Shown: piece by piece, positions 61,750 through 64,000 of the stretch
Numbering within the stretch: position 1 is the stretch's first letter
How the letters are laid out: the number at the start of each line of letters is the position of its first letter
Source of the DNA: Eutreptiella sp. 'Long Island Sound 2002'
Lineage: Eukaryota > Protista > Euglenida
DNA length: 64,000 bases
NCBI GenBank assembly: GCA_964036045.1
Contig: OZ038378.1
Span: 146,506,001 to 146,570,000, forward strand
Direction: 5' to 3'
The notes under the pieces: model-generated
Database searches by the model: none
What the model saw: only the letters and a program-made list of their open reading frames with translations
What the model was told of the DNA's origin: nothing
Translations under genes and position numbers: made by a program

Positions 61750-62120
61750 TTGAACAAGATTGCCGTTTCCGTGTTCGTTGGTGATGGTGCCCACAAGAAG
61801 AAGTAAAAGGTCCCCCAAGGATTCCTGCTTCGCCCATGTGACAGCTGAAGGGTACATGGAATATGGGGGTTTGGGATACCCGTACCCCTCCCCTGAAGAT
61901 GATGCCAAGTATTTGGCAACAAGAAGACAATCAGAAGCATGAGCAACTGCTTGGTGCAGTCCTGACCATGCGCTGGTTGGATGCTTTCATGAATGCCCAT
62001 GACGCAAAGCCTTTCCAATGGTTTGGAGTATGCTTCCGGAGCAAAGGCCGCCCTGAATCACTTGGTCACCATTGAGTTTGTTGTGTGGTGTGACATCCTG
62101 TGTGGCGCGCTGACAGAGAT
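61750..62120 (+). pseudogene. Decayed RNase-H-like fragment (retroelement relic)
   Basis: Across shifting frames: VFVGDGA, DNQKHEQLLGAVLTMRWL and FVVWCD, spaced like the RNase H D-E-D residues. Many stops. Confidence 0.3.
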
Positions 62121-64000
62121 TGCATTTGCAGAGTTGGTGGGGCAAAACAGTGACAGCACCTTTAGGGATGTTGATTGCATGTGGCATGTGCGCGAAGGGT
62201 GCCTGCAGATGTGACCAAAACAAAGGTATTGCAGGACCACCCTGCAAGACATGGGAACTGTTATGGGCCATGCTGTGTACAACACTGTGAAGCTGAATGG
62301 CATGGTGCAAATTTGGTTCCTGGTGGGGCCCTGAATTCTGACCCTGGCATCCAAAATGTTGCCTGTACCTGCACCTTAAATTCCTTACCCTGAAACATGG
62401 CACTCACGAGGTGATAAAGATGGGGACAGTTTTGGGCAGTTGTTTTTCGACGGTTTGTGCGCAGAGTGGGCAAATTTTTGACAGCATCATTGGGTTGACA
62501 CCCATCATGGGGTGGAGACAGAATGGAAAGTGGTCAAAGATTTTGTAACTTAGGAGGGCTTGATAAAAAAGGGTTCATCTATTTTTTTTTTGGATTTTCG
62601 GAGGCACATCATTCAACAGCCCATTTGCCCCCCCCCCCCCCGTATTGCATATCATATTGCACCATGCTCTTGCCCTGTCACCAACTAGCTGTGGTGTAGA
62701 GGTTGGAAATGGTACAACTTGAAAAGTGAAAAATCTCCAGGTACAGCTCTAGCTCTAGCTCTAGCTCCAGCTCTAGTTGAGACTCTGAAGGTGGGTATAT
62801 ATGATTCTTGGACATTACACTCCTCTATACAGACCAAGCTTTACGGGTATCTGCACTCTTCCGCATGTGGTCTCCGAAGTTTGCTTCTATTGTGGTGTGT
62901 GCTCTTTGTGCATTTTGGTGTCTTGATATCTTCCCCAATGAACCCCAATCAACAGGCTCCATCCAAGAATCACCAGGCAGTAACAACATCCATTCCGGAA
63001 TCTCCGCACAGTACCATCATGGGGAGCAGGACTGACTCAACGACGGAGGAGCAGACTTGTGCAATGATAGTCTAGCAGTTTCCTCACACTTGTTTGTGGT
63101 TTTTGGAATGTGGGAGCGCGAAAAACATCACCCACCCAACAACGTCCGGAAAATACCAATATCCATCCAAGATCCTCTCGGAAGTAATAGCATCAATCCA
63201 AGGACCGATGCAAGAGCCTCGGGGAAATGACAGCATATATCCAGGACCCTCCAAGGATTAACAGCACCCATGCAAGAACCTCCAAAAAGCACCAATGTCC
63301 ACGACATTACGCCTTTTTTCTCATAATTTTTTTCCAACTCTTCGCCGCACAAAAACAGGGCGGGGGGGGGGGGTGGCTTCCCCCTTCAGAAGCCCCTCCC
63401 CGCTGCCACTCAAAAGACACCATGGATGTGGCCAGCACAATGCGGCCGGATGACCCGCTGAGGTAATGTGGAGAAAGGGCACGCCCAGGTCCACAGTAGA
63501 GCCGCCCCTCACCCGAACATCCCTCTTGGGTGGCCGTCCCCCTCTCAGTGCTCTTTGGCAAGTCCATTATGTGTGCCCGTGCGACGTGATGACCTGAGTA
63601 TAGTTCCGGTGAAGCACTGCACCACCTCTTCGCCGGATGCTTGACGGGCTTTGTAGAGCCAGCTATATGCTCATACTCACAGCAAGCCCGCTTGGGGAGT
63701 AAATGGTTTCCCCGACATACGGCACTAGGTGGTTCTCAATCAGGAATGCACAACCTTGAAATCAATGCCGGTCAACAGGTTTTTGGCCAGTGGTTGGTAG
63801 ATTATTTATTCGGGTGCTTATTTTTGTGTTTTTTTTTTTGTGCAAAAAGCAAAATGTTTTGACCGCGGTTTCTTTTCTTGTGAATGTGGCCTTAGATTTA
63901 TCCTTTGTTGTGCATCCATACATCAAACCCCATGTTGAGAATGAGCAGGGACGGAGTGTCTAACAGATGAACAAAAGCACAACATGCACACAAAATACAT

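Overview
GC-rich eukaryotic genomic DNA with GT-AG introns and many dispersed repeats. The repeat families resemble ones I recall from euglenid (Eutreptiella-like) sequence, but the host assignment is unverified. (1) A ~16 kb head-to-tail array of a non-LTR retrotransposon sits in (GA)n microsatellites (26.5-42.9 kb). It holds one near-intact 9.4 kb copy (RRM-like ORF1; ORF2 with APE endonuclease, RT, RNase H and CCHC) and two internally deleted derivatives. In the intact copy, 34637-41962 is one reading frame broken only by two TGA codons. (2) A spliced minus-strand gene (14886-22985, 5' end not found) joins an actin-fragmin-kinase-like domain, a nitrilase/CN-hydrolase domain, a 19x9-aa repeat and a WD40-like propeller. 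Reading it as one protein needs two 1-nt corrections. (3) An intronless SAM-domain + amino-acid-transporter gene, an ankyrin-repeat gene and a HAD-motif exon. (4) Several MITEs, dispersed repeat families, mini/microsatellites, an AT-rich island with a decayed LRR exon, and decayed Penelope-like and RNase-H-like fragments. All domain calls are motif recognition by eye; no searches were run.
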